64,000 bases of DNA, taken from Octopus vulgaris. Lineage: Eukaryota. A program made the position numbers and the translations under genes. Under the pieces are notes generated by a model. The model made no database searches. It was not told the origin of the DNA and saw only the letters and a list, made by a program, of their open reading frames with translations. The stretch is taken from the NCBI GenBank assembly GCA_951406725.2, contig OX597838.1:28024001-28088000 (forward strand). Reading direction: 5' to 3'. This document shows positions 38,067 to 50,844 of the stretch, piece after piece; the first letter of the stretch is position 1, and every line of letters begins with the position of its first letter.

Positions 38067-39119
38067 AAATGTGTGTATGTATATGCATGTATACACACAT
38101 TATACAATGTACTTTTAAAATGAATTCAAATTAGGTCTATTTATTTATTTGTCTTTTTAAAGATATTAACTCTGTCTCCTCTTCTCTGTCTCTCTTACCT
38201 TCTCCTACTTCCAATATTCCAGCTATGAAATTTAGGTGGCTTTGTCTTTGTGGACACAGTTCAGTGGTATACAGAACATCGATCCATTCATTGATGAACC
38301 AGCTGTGAATATCTTTGTTAAAAAAAATCTCCCAGGGTGTCTGAACAAAATCAATAATGATCAGGAGCAGCTGTGGAGAGAATTGTTGCTAATCTGCTGT
38401 GAGGTGGCATAGATCTCACCTGAAGCCTTTTCTTTTACTGTCCTAATACTCTGAGTGAGAGTGGAGGATTTGTATGAGCCAGGCGAACTTGAGTGTTGTT
38501 GATCAAAGCTGTTTGCACAGGGAAAGAGCTTGAGGGAATGCTGCTTTTGTGGAAAAGCATTGTGTCCAAATTTGAAAACCTTTATTTTCATTATTATTTT
38601 GCCTTAGTGAAGGTGGAGGTATTGTTTTCAGTCATGTTTGTTTGTCTGTGGATAAGATATCTCAAGAACCGCTGGATGGATTTGGATGAAACCTTGTGAC
38701 TGACATGAACTGATTAGATTTTGGAATTGATCTGATTCCAGCCAAGGATTCTGGATTATTTTTCCGTTTTTTTTTTTCTTACTTAATTTTTGAGAGTGGT
38801 TGGGTTCATTTTTAGTACTCTGGTTTCTGAGAGCAGTCAAGTTTATTTCAGATATTCTCATTCTAAAAAATCATATCCAGTTATTTGTTGAGAGGACTTT
38901 GGTGTTGCCTTGGTGGAGGTTTGCACTCTCTGAGTGCTCTTGTTGTTAGTATTATTGCTATTTACTTGTAATGTGTATATTTGTTGCAATCACTTGCCAC
39001 GACACGCCTGGCACCCTAGGGCAAGTGAAGATTAAGAGATGTTATAGTGTAACTGAAAGCTTGGAGTGGGGAAGTGGCGAGAACAGTAGCAAAATACCTG
39101 TATTATTATTATTATTACA

Positions 39120-39315
39120 GCAGCAAGCTAGCAGAATCATTACCATGCCGAGTAAAATGCTTAGTGTCACAACGTTCTGGGTTCAAATTCTGAGGTCAAC
39201 TTTGCCTTTCACCCTTCCGGGGTCAATGAATTAAGTACCAGTGAAACAATGGGAGCGATGTAATCGACTAGTCCCCTCACCCAAAATTTCAGGCCATGTG
39301 CCTATAGTAGAACGG

Positions 39316-39356
<41 letters not shown>

Positions 39357-39565
39357 GGTAGCAAGCTGGCAGAATTGTTAGTACGTTGGGCAAAATACTT
39401 AGCGGTATTTTGTCTGTCTCTACATTCTAGGTTCAAATTCCGTTGAGGTTGACTTTGCCTTTCCTCCTTTCGGGGTCGATAAATTAAGTACCAGTGAAAC
39501 ACTAGGGTTGATGTAATTGACTTGTCCCCTACTCCCAAAATTTCAGTCCTTGTGCCTATAGTGAA
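39120..39565 (+). mobile_element. Two tandem SINE family B copies separated by (ATT)n
   Basis: 39120-39320 and 39355-39565. Confidence 0.8.
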
Positions 39566-39821
39566 ATGTTTAAAAGGGCTAGACACACTTTCCTCTTTGG
39601 CCAAGCCCTCATCAACTTTTTAAAGTTTCACTTGAAAAGAGAGTTGAGGATGGAAAAGGAAGTGTTGCCTTGTAGCAAGTTTGTTGAAAGGTGGATGAAT
39701 GTCGGAAGAATGGCCAGTGTGAAAGGACCACTTCTGAGTATGCACACGGAAATTAAAGGAGAAGGGCTCTTGCCCTGTTGATCAGGCACCTGTGACTTTT
39801 CTGGGTTTTTCCATGAGGACC

Positions 39822-40053
39822 TTAACCCATTACTGTTTGCATTATTCTGACAAAATTAATCCTTTTTTTTATCCACATTGTTTTGAACTAATCATTCATT
39901 AATCTTGTAGCCATGAGATTTTGATGAGGTAGCTGTTAATTTTTAAAACGATATTGTAGGGTTGGTGTGAGAGACCAGATCTGGCCAGTTTGAACATAAA
40001 ACAGGCAGAATACTTTTGGCCGGATATGGCCGGTTTAAATGCTAAAGAGTTAA
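39822..40053 (-). mobile_element. TTAA-flanked MITE
   Basis: TTAACCC...GCTAAAGAGTTAA; reverse complement of 60142-60368. Confidence 0.8.
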
Positions 40054-40183
40054 AGCAACTCCCCTATTGGGAGTTTTAATTTGTTCAATTTTAATTGTTA
40101 TTTATATTGTTTACATGCAGAAAACCCATTGTATCCCGTTTTTGTCTTTTATGTGGTCCTTTAATGTTTTTGTATGTGAGGCC

Positions 40184-40583
40184 TTTACTCTTTTACTTGT
40201 TTCAGTCATTTGACTGTGGCCATGCTGGAGCACCGCCTTTAGTCGAGCTACTCGACCTTGGAACTTATTCTTTGTAAGCCCAGTACTTATTCTATCGGTT
40301 TCTTTTGCTGAACTGCTAAGTGACGGGGACATAAACACCAGCATCGGTTGTCAAGCAATGCTAGGGGAACAACTACAGACACAAACACACACACATACAT
40401 TTATAAATATATATATACATATATACGACGGGCTTCTTTCAGTTTCCGTCTACCAAATCCACTCACAAGGCTTTGGTCGGCTCGAGGCTATAGTAGAAGA
40501 CACTTGCCCAAGGTGCCACGCAGTGGGACTGAACCCGGAACCATGTGGTTGGTAAACAAGCTACTTACCACACAGCCACTCCT
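40184..40583 (-). mobile_element. SINE family A, full length
   Basis: Family head and tail. Confidence 0.92.
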
Positions 40584-41319
40584 TGTGGCTAATAAAAGAA
40601 TGAATTATTATTATTATTAGTCTTCGGAGGAGGAGGAAGACAGGTGAGCTGTAGGATTGCTCAGATTAGTGATTGATTGGTGAGAATGCTCGTGAGCAGT
40701 GGACATTTTACGTATTAATTTTGTGTTTTGGTTCTTATTACAACATTCCTGTGGTTTCATAGTCCTCTGTGTGTGTGTGTGGTTGTGTGTGTGTAATTGT
40801 GAAAGTATGCACCAGAGATTACATGTGAACGCGTTTGTTATTTTATGTGTGATTACCTATGATTGTGAGTTGGTGTTTTGTGCGTGTGTGTGACTTCCTA
40901 CACATCCATACAATCACAGGACACACATGGATTTAAGATTTTTTCTTGTGTTCTGTAATGTTTTTATTTTCGTAAGTTTTTCCCTAAGCTGGAAATACAG
41001 TCCTCTGTAGCTGGATAGATTTTGTCATATTAACATCATTGTTCCATATCTATAAATGGCCCCTTCTTAAAACCAACCATTTAACCAAAAAAGCAGGGTC
41101 ATCATCAGCGTCGTTGTTTTTATGGGTCAGGCAGAATTCACTGATGCAGACTTTCTACAACCAGGCAACCCTTCTTGTTGCCACTCCTCACTTGTAACAT
41201 AATATTTCGAAGAAAACAAAGCCAGACATGTGTTTGTGGAAGACTGAAAATAAATCACACTGCCTGTATGATGGTGACACTCCTCTACATCTATTATGTG
41301 ATGTCAAGATGAGGAGATG

Positions 41320-41470
41320 TGGAGGCACATGGCCTAATGGTTAGAGCAGCGGACTCGCGGTCGACTGACCGCGGGCTTGAATATCAGACCGGGCGATGTG
41401 TGTGTTTATGAGTGAAACACCTAAGCTCCACGTGGCTCCGGCAGAAGGTTATGGCGAACTTCTGCTGACG
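41320..41470 (+). mobile_element. SINE family C, 5' part
   Basis: tRNA-like head matching 47545. Confidence 0.75.
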
Positions 41471-41574
41471 CATAGAGGCCCTAAGCACTTAAAAAGTTTT
41501 TCTGCCCTCATATATATGTAATTCAAAATATAAACAATAATAAACCATAAAATAAATTTTAATTTCTCAAAAAA

Positions 41575-41741
41575 GGCGCAGGAGTGGCTGTGTGGTACGT
41601 AGCTTGTTTACCAACCACATGGTTCCGGGTTCAATTCCACTGCATGGCATCTTGGGCAAGTGTCTTCTACTATAGCCTCGGGCCGACCAAAGCCTTGTGA
41701 GTGGATTTGGTAGACGGAAACTGAAAGAAGCCCGTCGTATG

Positions 41742-41780
<39 letters not shown>

Positions 41781-42002
41781 GTGTGTGTGTGTTTGTGTGT
41801 CTGTGTTTGTCCCCCTAGCATTGCCTGACAACCGATGCTGGTGTGTTTATGTCCCCGTTACTTAGCAGTTCGGCAAAAGAGACCGATAGAATAAGTACTA
41901 GGCTTACAAAAGAATAAGTCCCGGGGTCGAGTTGCTCGATTAAAAGCAGTGCTCCAGCATGGCCGCAGTCAAATGACTGAAACAAGTAAAAGAGTAAAGA
42001 GA
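41575..42002 (+). mobile_element. SINE family A, full length
   Basis: Family head and tail. Confidence 0.92.
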
Positions 42003-42544
42003 GAGAAAACTAACAGAAATATGGGAAATAATACATATTTTTGTATATTTCCACTGTATTTGTATTTGAAAAGTTTTCTTTTTTTTTTTAGTTGCAAAGT
42101 CTTTAATCAGATCCTCAATATGACACCATGAATATATCGAAATTATATTTCCAATCAATTAAACTACTTTGAATATTATTTTAGCAAGTTCAAAGTGATT
42201 TCTTTTGTACTGTAAGCCATTTCCCATTTCTGTGGTCTCCCCTTCCCTTGATGCCCTAAGTACCTGCCTATTTTGCTTAGCGCTGGTACTAGTAGTAGGA
42301 AAAGCAGTACTAGTTGTAGTAACCAAGGCTTGGATACACAACAGTCAAAACCTGTTAAAGAGATAAATTCAACCAATTCTTGGTCAAAATTCAATAATGA
42401 TCGTTATTAGTTGTAATGTTTATGCATATCGACGTTGTTGATTGTACTGACTTCATGACAGCAACACAAAACATGCTTTTGTTTGTTTTTGTTTTAACGA
42501 TCTTTCTTTGTTGCTTTCATTAATGTTTTATCTAAAAAATTTTA

Positions 42545-42671
42545 ATGTTTTTCCTCTATTTTCTTTTTTAGGTAAGTTTCCTGGTCAATTAAAGTTGATG
42601 CTTTATTAATTTGTTAAATAATTTTTAGGTAAGTTTCTATATTTTTTTTTTATGCCTTCCTAGGTAAGTTT
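42545..42671 (+). promoter_or_regulatory. Cluster of three juxtaposed 3'/5' splice sites (TAG|GTAAGTTT)
   Basis: AG|GT junctions at 42571/2, 42628/9 and 42663/4, each preceded by a T/pyrimidine tract. Confidence 0.55.
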
Positions 42672-44764
42672 ATACATTTCCCCACCATCCCCAGATTCAC
42701 ATACTGATCTCTCTCTCTCTCTCTTGGTCTCTCTCCAATTCTCTTTCCTTTTCCCTCTCTTTCTCTCATCATTCTCCCTGTTCCTTTTTCTACCATCCTC
42801 ACTCCCCTATCTCTTACCTTCTCATACAAATCAACAGCTGTGAAGTTACAGGTACTGGACTTGAATTGTGCTTGTCATCTGTCTCTCAATCCACATTGAG
42901 CCAGTTTGCCCTAACTCTTGTTGCTCTAGATTACATAATTGATAAAAGTAAAATTAAAAGAAATAAATCAAATAAAAACACGACTAAAGTATTTAATTTC
43001 TGACCCTAAAGAGGAATCCACTCCTTTGTAATGTGGAGGATTTAGCATGTTTATTTTGAGACAGTAGGTTGCAATTTGAGGTTTAGCTGCTATTCTTTGT
43101 AAGTCAAGTAACCGTGTAAATGTTTCCTTGTTGCCTCCTAAGGCCAAGTATTAGGACATGAAGAACAATGTAAAATAGTGTAGTAGTAGTAATAGTAGTA
43201 GTGGTTGTTGCTGATTAGTCCCCTGTATCTTATAGACCTTTGACCAAAGGTGTTTTAGTTACAGCCATTATGTCTTTTAGTCAATGTATCTAAGACTGCA
43301 TTTTTTTCTTAAAAAAAAAAGCACGATTTGGTTGCTATTTCTAGTTGGCTAGGTGACCTCATAGAATTGCTCTCTTTTAGTAGTGGAGGCAGTGGTGGTA
43401 CTACTAGTGGCAGCTACAATAGCAGAAGAGGCATTTACAGTGATGAAGGCCTGGCTGCACCACACACTTGAAATGTCATCATAAATGCAAAACAAAATAG
43501 TCTCTGTTGTCGTACTTCATGGGATAATTGGTGGTGGTTGTGGTGGTTGTAAGGGATCCAGTTGTTAAAAACCATCCCAAAACCCAGCAAAATAATTGCT
43601 TCAATATCTGTGCTATCTATGCCTGCTGCATTTAAATAAAAAAATGGAAAATAGTTTTAGAAAAACACAGCTAAAATAGACCATATTTGTTTACTTTGCA
43701 AAGAACAAAGAATCTCAAGTGTGTGTGTATGTGTGTGTGAAATCTACGGAATTTTATAGACTGGTATTTCTCAACCCTTCACGCACGCACAGAAATGGAG
43801 ACAATACGTAGTTGCTTGACATGCTAGAAACACCAGCTAATTCTCTCTCAAATTTAACCTTATTCTTTTAAAAGAGGAAGGACTCATTGAATTCACTTGT
43901 TCAACTGTAGGCATTCAGGCATGCTGTGGTATCATTTTCAAAGATGGCTCTTCAAGTATTTTGTGTGTGTGTGTGTGTGTATATGTATGTATGCTTGGAT
44001 GTTTGTTTCTTTGCACATATATATATATGCGTGTGTAAGCATCTACTTTCGTGTCTGTTCATAGGCCTGTGTATGCATAGAAGTGTATGAATACATGGGT
44101 GTGCATGTACATGTATATAAACATGTGTATATTTGTGTGTGTGTGTGTATATATATATATACATGCATATGTATATACATGTATCAACACACAAACGCAC
44201 ACACACTTGTATTTAGACGCATAACTACATTTTCAGCTAATTGTTTTGTCTGGCTATGCAGGATTGTCCCAGATTTTTGTGTGTGTCTATGTATGTATGT
44301 ATGTATATATATATATACACACACATATCTACACTACTGATTAATTGACATATCTGGGTATGTATAATTGTTATCATACTTTAATATGTGTATAATGTGT
44401 GTGTAATGTATGCACATAAAAAAACATATCTGCACTTTTGACATATGTTGTCCTGTACCATGTTTTGATGAGATATTGTTTGTATTCATTATGCTATCTT
44501 AATGATCTCTGGGTTATGATTGTGTCAAGCGTAAATTGAAAAATGGAATCAACACCTTTTTTTAAAACCCTATTTAAATAATATCAACAAAATTAATAAA
44601 TTTTTCAGAGTTTTTAGTGAAAGGTTGTAATTTATATTCTGATTGTGAAAATGAAATAAAATGTTGGTTTCTGTCATCGTCTGAATTGTATATCGTCATT
44701 GGTTTATACATCTGCTTTTCTGTGCTGGCATGGGTTGGACAAGTTTTATTGAGGTAGATTCTTT

Positions 44765-45241
44765 TTCATTAACAATCAAATTCGATGACTGTCACCCGTG
44801 CCAGTGGAGCGCTAACACCTCCATTCGAGCAGGATCATTGCCAGAGCAGCTGTCTGGCTTCTCTGCCATTGGGTACTAAAAAGCACCATTTGAGTGTGAT
44901 CGTTACCAGTGTCGCCTTACTGGTACTTGTGCCGGTGGCACGTGAACAAAACATTTGAGCGAGGTCGTTGCCAGTGCTGCTGGACTGGCTCCTGTGCAGG
45001 TGGCACGTAAAAAAACACCATTTTGAGTGTGGCCGTTGCCAGTACCGCCAGACTTGCCCTCGTGCCGGTGGCACGTAAAAAGCACCCACTACACTCTCGG
45101 AGTGGTTGGCGTTAGGAAGGGCATCCAGCTGTAGAAACTCTGCCAGATCAGATTGGAGTCTGGCGCAGCCATCTGGTTTGCCAGTCCTCAGTCAAGTCGT
45201 CCAACCCATGCTAGCATGGAAAGCGGACGTTAAAGGATGAT
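44765..45241 (+). mobile_element. RTE 3' UTR and terminus with ~62-bp sub-repeats
   Basis: GTGCCGGTGGCACGTAAAAAGCACC sub-repeats and the family terminus; inverted relative at 57345-57770. Confidence 0.85.
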
Positions 45242-45433
45242 AATTTCTTTCCTGTTGTTAACTCTTACTTGTTTTTATTTTTATTTTTTGAAATAAAGTA
45301 TTTTTTATTAAGCAAGAAACCAGCAAGAAATATTGTTTACAGGTGGTGTAAACAGACCATCACAGTTGCGTAGATGACATCAATTACACAGAGTAGCAAA
45401 ATTAAGAATTTTTTTTCTCATTAGTCAGTAAGT

Positions 45434-45832
45434 GTTATTTCCTATTTGCTTCTGTCTAGAAATCAAAGGAAATCGCTACTATTGCCTTCAAACCTTGCTT
45501 TTGTCACCTGGACATCAATGTTTTGAAACTGACCTGTTTTCCATTACATTTCAGACAGCCAGCACTGAGTTGCTGAAGCAGAAATATCATTATGGCAAAT
45601 ATTCTGCTCAGTACCAAAGATTTGCTTTTCAGTTGTTTGACCATAACCAGTTGAGCATGTCCCTTAGTGACTGACAATATGTGCATCTCTGATGATGAGC
45701 AGGAGTAGTGGGGGAGCACGATAGCCATGTTGAGAAAGATCCTTTGGGGTTTGAATATATGTAACAAAGCAAAGTTTGAAGGAGTTATTAGCCATTTTTC
45801 ATACTTTCTAGGGGTAAGCAAATAGGAAACAA
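45434..45832. mobile_element. MITE-like element with imperfect TIRs
   Basis: TTTCCTATTTGCTT..CTAGAAA vs TTTCTAG..AAGCAAATAGGAAA. Confidence 0.5.
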
Positions 45833-46338
45833 CAGCTGCTGCCCAAGGGCAAAAATCGTGTTACAGTATTGACGGGAAGAAGCAAAAATTCATACCTTCT
45901 TCCCCAGCACACACTCATTGTACCGATGCCACAGAAGAAGCATCTGGTACACTCTGTTAAGTGTTTCTATATTAGAAAGGGCATCCAGCCATAGAAACCA
46001 TACAAAAGCAGATATTGGGGCATGGCACTGTCCTCTGATTTGTCGGATCCTATCGAATAATTCATCCCATGCCAGCATGGAAGATAGACGCTAAATAATG
46101 ATGAGGATAGTGTGTGTGTGTTTGTGTGCGTGTGCATTTTTTTTTTATTTAGCAGAAGTAACAGTGACTCAAGGGGTGAACGTTCCATGCGTTGGTTTAG
46201 CAAGTGCTAACACGTGAAACCCTCAGCCTCTGAGTCACTCTGTTCCTGCTGCAAAACACACACACACACACACACTCTCTCGCCCCACCCCTCCCTTTCA
46301 TGCTTTGAGTTTTATTTTTCCTGTTTGCACCACCAAGC

Positions 46339-46400
<62 letters not shown>

Positions 46401-46451
46401 GTGTGTGAACTTTAGATTACTGGCAGTTCACAACCTTGGCTGATATTACTG

Positions 46452-46488
<37 letters not shown>

Positions 46489-47037
46489 CATATATAGATC
46501 ATGTGATCAAGCAGACTATCAAATGTTTTATATACATTGCTGGTCACAATGCACTTGGCATTGATTTAGCTTTTGGATGATGCTACTTTGCTGGCCAGGC
46601 AAGCAGGCCAACTTTCTTCTTCCTGATTGGAGAGCCAGTCTTTCATTGGGTTAACCCATGAAAGGGCTTGAGTGACCTGAAATGAAGTGTTTTGCTGAAG
46701 AACACAATGTGTGGCTCAGTCTGGGAATTGATCCCTATTCTCAAATTGAGCCATGAATTGAGTCCACGATGTAGCAATTGTGGGTGCAACACCCTAACCA
46801 CTAGACCACACCCCTTGTGTGTGTGTGTGTGTGTGTGTGTACATACACCATTTGGAACATCTGAATTATGGAATCTGTGAATTGAATCCATTTCACTTTT
46901 ATGGAATAAAATCCTCTTCAGTCTCCTGCCTTTTTTCCCTACCACTTTGGTTTTTTTTCACTTTTTCTTAACACATTTTCCTTGTTCCATTATGGTCACT
47001 ATTGCTTTACCAACCCCATGGCTATTACATGACCATC

Positions 47038-47270
47038 TATTTCGTTACTACCCACAAGGGGCTAAACACAGAGAGGACAAACAAGGACAGACAAACGGAT
47101 TAAGTTGATTACATCGACCCCAGTGCGTAACTGGTACTTAATTTATTGACCCCGAAAGGATGAAAGGCAAAGTCAACCTCGGTGGAATTTGAACTCAGAA
47201 CGTAAGGGCAGATGAAATATGGCTACACATTTTGCTTGGCGTGCTAACGTTTCTGCCAGCTTGCCACCTT
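47038..47270 (-). mobile_element. SINE family B with 15-bp TSD
   Basis: TATTACATGACCATC at 47023-47037 and 47271-47285. Confidence 0.9.
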
Positions 47271-47544
47271 TATTACATGACCATCACTGTTGGTTGGATG
47301 CTGGTGTTGCTACTGTTGTTATTTAGTGCTGTTCCAGATCAGTCCTGATTTAGTAGACCCTATGATCGATATTCCAGCTGTGTTTTTCAAACATGGTGTA
47401 TCAAGGGCTACAGTTTTTTTTTCAAAGGGGTTTGTAGGTTATCAGAATTACACCACTTCCTCCACCATTACCACCCCCACTGCGGTCACTACCGTCTTTG
47501 TTAATACCATTTCTATCTCTAGCATTGGTGTACTTTGAAGAGTT

Positions 47545-47935
47545 TGGAGGCGCAATGGCCCAGTGGTTAGGGCAGCGGACTCACGGTCATAGGATCGCGG
47601 TTTCGATTCCCAGACCGGGCGTTGTGAGTGTTTATTGAGCGAAAACACCTAAAAGTTCCACGATGCTCTGGCAGGAGATGGTGGTGATCCCTGCTGTACT
47701 CTTTCACCACAACTTTCTCTTACTCTTACTTCCTGTTTCTGTTGTACCTGTATTTCAAAGGGCCGGCCTTGTCACTCTCTGTGTCACGCTGAATATCCCC
47801 GAGAACTACGTTAAGGGTACACGTGTCTGTGGAGTGCTCAGCCACTTACATGTTAATTTCACGAGCAGGCTGTTCCGTTGATTCGGATCAACCGGAACCC
47901 TCGTCGTTGTAACCGATGGAGTGCTTCCATCCATC
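47545..47935 (+). mobile_element. SINE family C, full length, with 13-bp TSD
   Basis: A and B boxes, (CCAT)n tail, TSD ACTTTGAAGAGTT at 47532-47544 and 47936-47948. Confidence 0.9.
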
Positions 47936-48325
47936 ACTTTGAAGAGTTGACAAAAGGAAGTTACACATTGAGCAATAAAATTTTAGAGTGTCATGGTTGG
48001 AACATCTTTGATCAGAGGTTTGCTTAATCATGGATGACCTAGGACTTGACAGCACCAGCTGCAGCTACCTGAGGGACTCAGAGAGTGTTTTGAAATGTTT
48101 TTTTCTTGTATTTAAAAAATTTTTTTAGATTTTTTAAAAACTTTTAAACTTTAGAAGATTTGAAGAATTTAAAAGAAAAATAGAAGAACATTCTGAAATT
48201 CCAAACAAGGATTTCCAAGGGGCTCCCTCAGTGTTCACTGTTCATGTAATCCATTAAACCTCACCCTTTCACACTACCTCAGCTTCTCATTTTGTTATCT
48301 TTTCATTTTGTCATTTTTCAACATT

Positions 48326-48951
48326 TTTACTCTCTTTACTTGTTTCAGTCATTTGACTGCGGCCATGCTGGAGCACCGGCTTTAGTCTAGCAAATTGGCT
48401 CCAGAGCTTATTCTTTGTAAGCTCAATACTTATTCTATCAGTCTCTTTTGCTGAACTGCTAAGTTATGGGGACGTAAATACACCAGCATCGGTTGTCAAG
48501 CGATGTTGGGGGGACAAACACACACACAAACGTATACACATTAGGGCGGAAAGCTGGCAGAATCGTTAGTACGCCTGGCGAAATGCTTAGCTGTATTTCG
48601 TCTGCCATTACGTTCTGAGTTCAAATTCCGCAGAGGTTGACTTTGCCTTCCACCCTTTTGGGGGGTCAATAAATTAAGTACCAGTTACACGCTGGGGTAG
48701 ATGTAATTGACTTAATCTTTTCGTCTGTCCTTGTTTGTCCCCTTGTGGGCAATAAAGAAATAACAAACATATACACACACATACATATATGATGGGTTTC
48801 TTTCAGTTTCTGTCTACCAAATCCACTCAAAAGGCTTTGGTCAACCTGAGGCTATAGTAGAAGACACTTGCCCAAGGTGCCACGCAGTGGGACTGAACCC
48901 GGAACCATGTGGTTGGTAAGCAAGCTACTTACCACACAGCCACTTCTGCAC
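48326..48951 (-). mobile_element. SINE family A with a nested opposite-strand SINE B (48543-48762)
   Basis: A-family tail and head flank a B copy; TSD-like ACAAAC(G/A)TATACACA on both sides. Confidence 0.88.
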
Positions 48952-49671
48952 CATAATTTTTTCCTTCATTTTTCAATTCTGTCATCTTTCACTCATAGCT
49001 TTTGTTTTCCCCATCGCTAATCGCTCAATTGTCACTACCTCCTACTTGTTCATTCCTCCTCTGCTCCATTCCTCCTACCACATTCACAAGTGTCTTAACT
49101 CGTACTCATACCCGTGCTAACTTAGCTCAGCTTCTCTTAGCAAAGCATACCCTGTTTCCCCTCTGACACCCCCCTCTCACCATCTTACTAACGGCATTAC
49201 CCTGTTGTCTCTTTGTAACTAAGAGTGTAGAATTAATGTACTGCCCTCCACCCCCATCTATATATCAAAATGCCCTCAGTGAATTAAAACCAGCAGCAGT
49301 GACTTGGCAGTGCAATACCATATCCTTTTTGTTATCTAGTTTCCATTGGTGCTGTTGTTGGCACAATTATCTTCTAGTGGCACCACTGCTAATAATAATA
49401 ATAATAATAATAATGTTGATATTGTAGCTGCTTCTGCACTAACCACCAATCACTACTTCCATTTTCTCTGGCATTTCAGATCTTGTTTAAATTAACTGAA
49501 TCACAACCAGCTTTTTGTTATTTTATTTTTTTGCTTTTACGTCACTGTTGCTAACTGGTAACAACTGGTTGCTTGCGATGCCAAAACTCTTTGATGAATC
49601 CTTTTAATATCAACCCACTTAAGAATGCCTCCGGCTCCTATGATATAAACCCTATAATTTTAAAATTCTCA

Positions 49672-50096
49672 TAGGCATAGGGAAGACTGTGTGGTTTTAA
49701 GAAGCTTGCTTTGCAGCCATCTAGTTTAGGGTTCCGTCCCACTGCGTGGCACTTTGGGTAAGTGGCTTCTATTATATCCCTGAGCTGACCGATGTCTTAT
49801 GAGTGAATTTGATTAACGAAAACTCTATGGAAGCTCATCATCTGTGTGTGTGTGTGTGTGTGTATGTGTGTGTGTGTGTGTGTGTATTTATCTATGTCTC
49901 TTTGTTTTTATTGCCCTATCCTTTGATAATGGGTGTTGGTTTGTTTATGTCCCTGTGACTTAGTGGTTTGGCAATAGAATCCAACGGAATCATTATCAGA
50001 CTCGGAAAAGTGCTGGGGTCAGTTTGTTCAACCAAACCCTTCAAAGCGATGCCCCAGTATGGCTGCAGTTTTATGACCAAAATAAGTAAAATGTAA
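49672..50096 (+). mobile_element. SINE family A, old copy
   Basis: Diverged head and tail. Confidence 0.7.
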
Positions 50097-50223
50097 AAAA
50101 ATGTTTAAATTAGAACCTTCTATTATAATTTTGTTAGATTAGGATTTTTTGTTATATTTGAAATCCCATCATATTGACTAAAACTACATGCACACTGGGT
50201 ATTTTATTGGAAATAGAGTAATG

Positions 50224-50444
50224 TAAATATAAACAATATGAGAGACCCCTATGTGGACCCCTTGTATGCTAAAAATAGATGTCAAACTGTCTTACCATAA
50301 AATCTGTATTCTCAGATTTGTCTAGCTTGTAAACATCTAGTGTCTTGCTAATTTGAGAACACAGATTTCGTGGTAAGACGGTTTGACGTCTATTTTTAGC
50401 ATACAAGGGGTCGACATAGTGGTCTCTGATATAGTTTATATTTA
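50224..50444. repeat. Long inverted repeat (~95-bp arms, ~30-nt loop)
   Basis: GACCCCTTGTATGCTAAAAATAGATGTCAAAC... vs ...GTTTGACGTCTATTTTTAGCATACAAGGGGTC. Confidence 0.92.
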
Positions 50445-50631
50445 AATAGAATCCATGATCCTCAGATGTTTTTTAAGTTTGCTGACCACGGGTTGAAATT
50501 GATATTATATAATAATATTAATTTCTACTCTTATTATTTAACAGTAATGTAGAGTTTAACTCTTTTTCTAGTAATCCGTTACAGTACTTACCTAATCGTT
50601 TAGATCACCTGTGGACTAAACCCCCATACTT

Positions 50632-50691
<60 letters not shown>

Positions 50692-50693
<2 letters not shown>

Positions 50694-50844
50694 CTTAATT
50701 CCGAAGGAATAAAGGGTGCATTATGCCCTCTTCTCATCAGGAAAGACAAGGAACCTCTATCAGCCTCAAGACGGACAAAAGCTTTTTTATGGCTTCGGAA
50801 TTAAGAATATGCAGTCTTCGAAACATGTGTTGAAAGTAAAGGAA
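50692..50844. ncRNA. Hammerhead motif split across strands by an inversion (Penelope-like relic)
   Basis: Minus: TTCCTTGTCTTTC-CTGATGA-GAAGAGGGCATA; plus: TATGCAGTCTTC-GAAACATGTGTT-GAAAGTAAAGGAA. Confidence 0.55.

Noticed and set aside
38218-38411. Acceptor-like site and short open frame (GIQNIDPFIDEPAV...)
   Set aside because: No recognisable domain and no good donor; insufficient support.
45685-45730. CTGATGA as a hammerhead core
   Set aside because: No stem II-GAAA-stem III-UH arrangement follows.
47545-47620. tRNA gene
   Set aside because: This is the tRNA-derived head of a SINE with body, tail and TSD; no proper acceptor stem.
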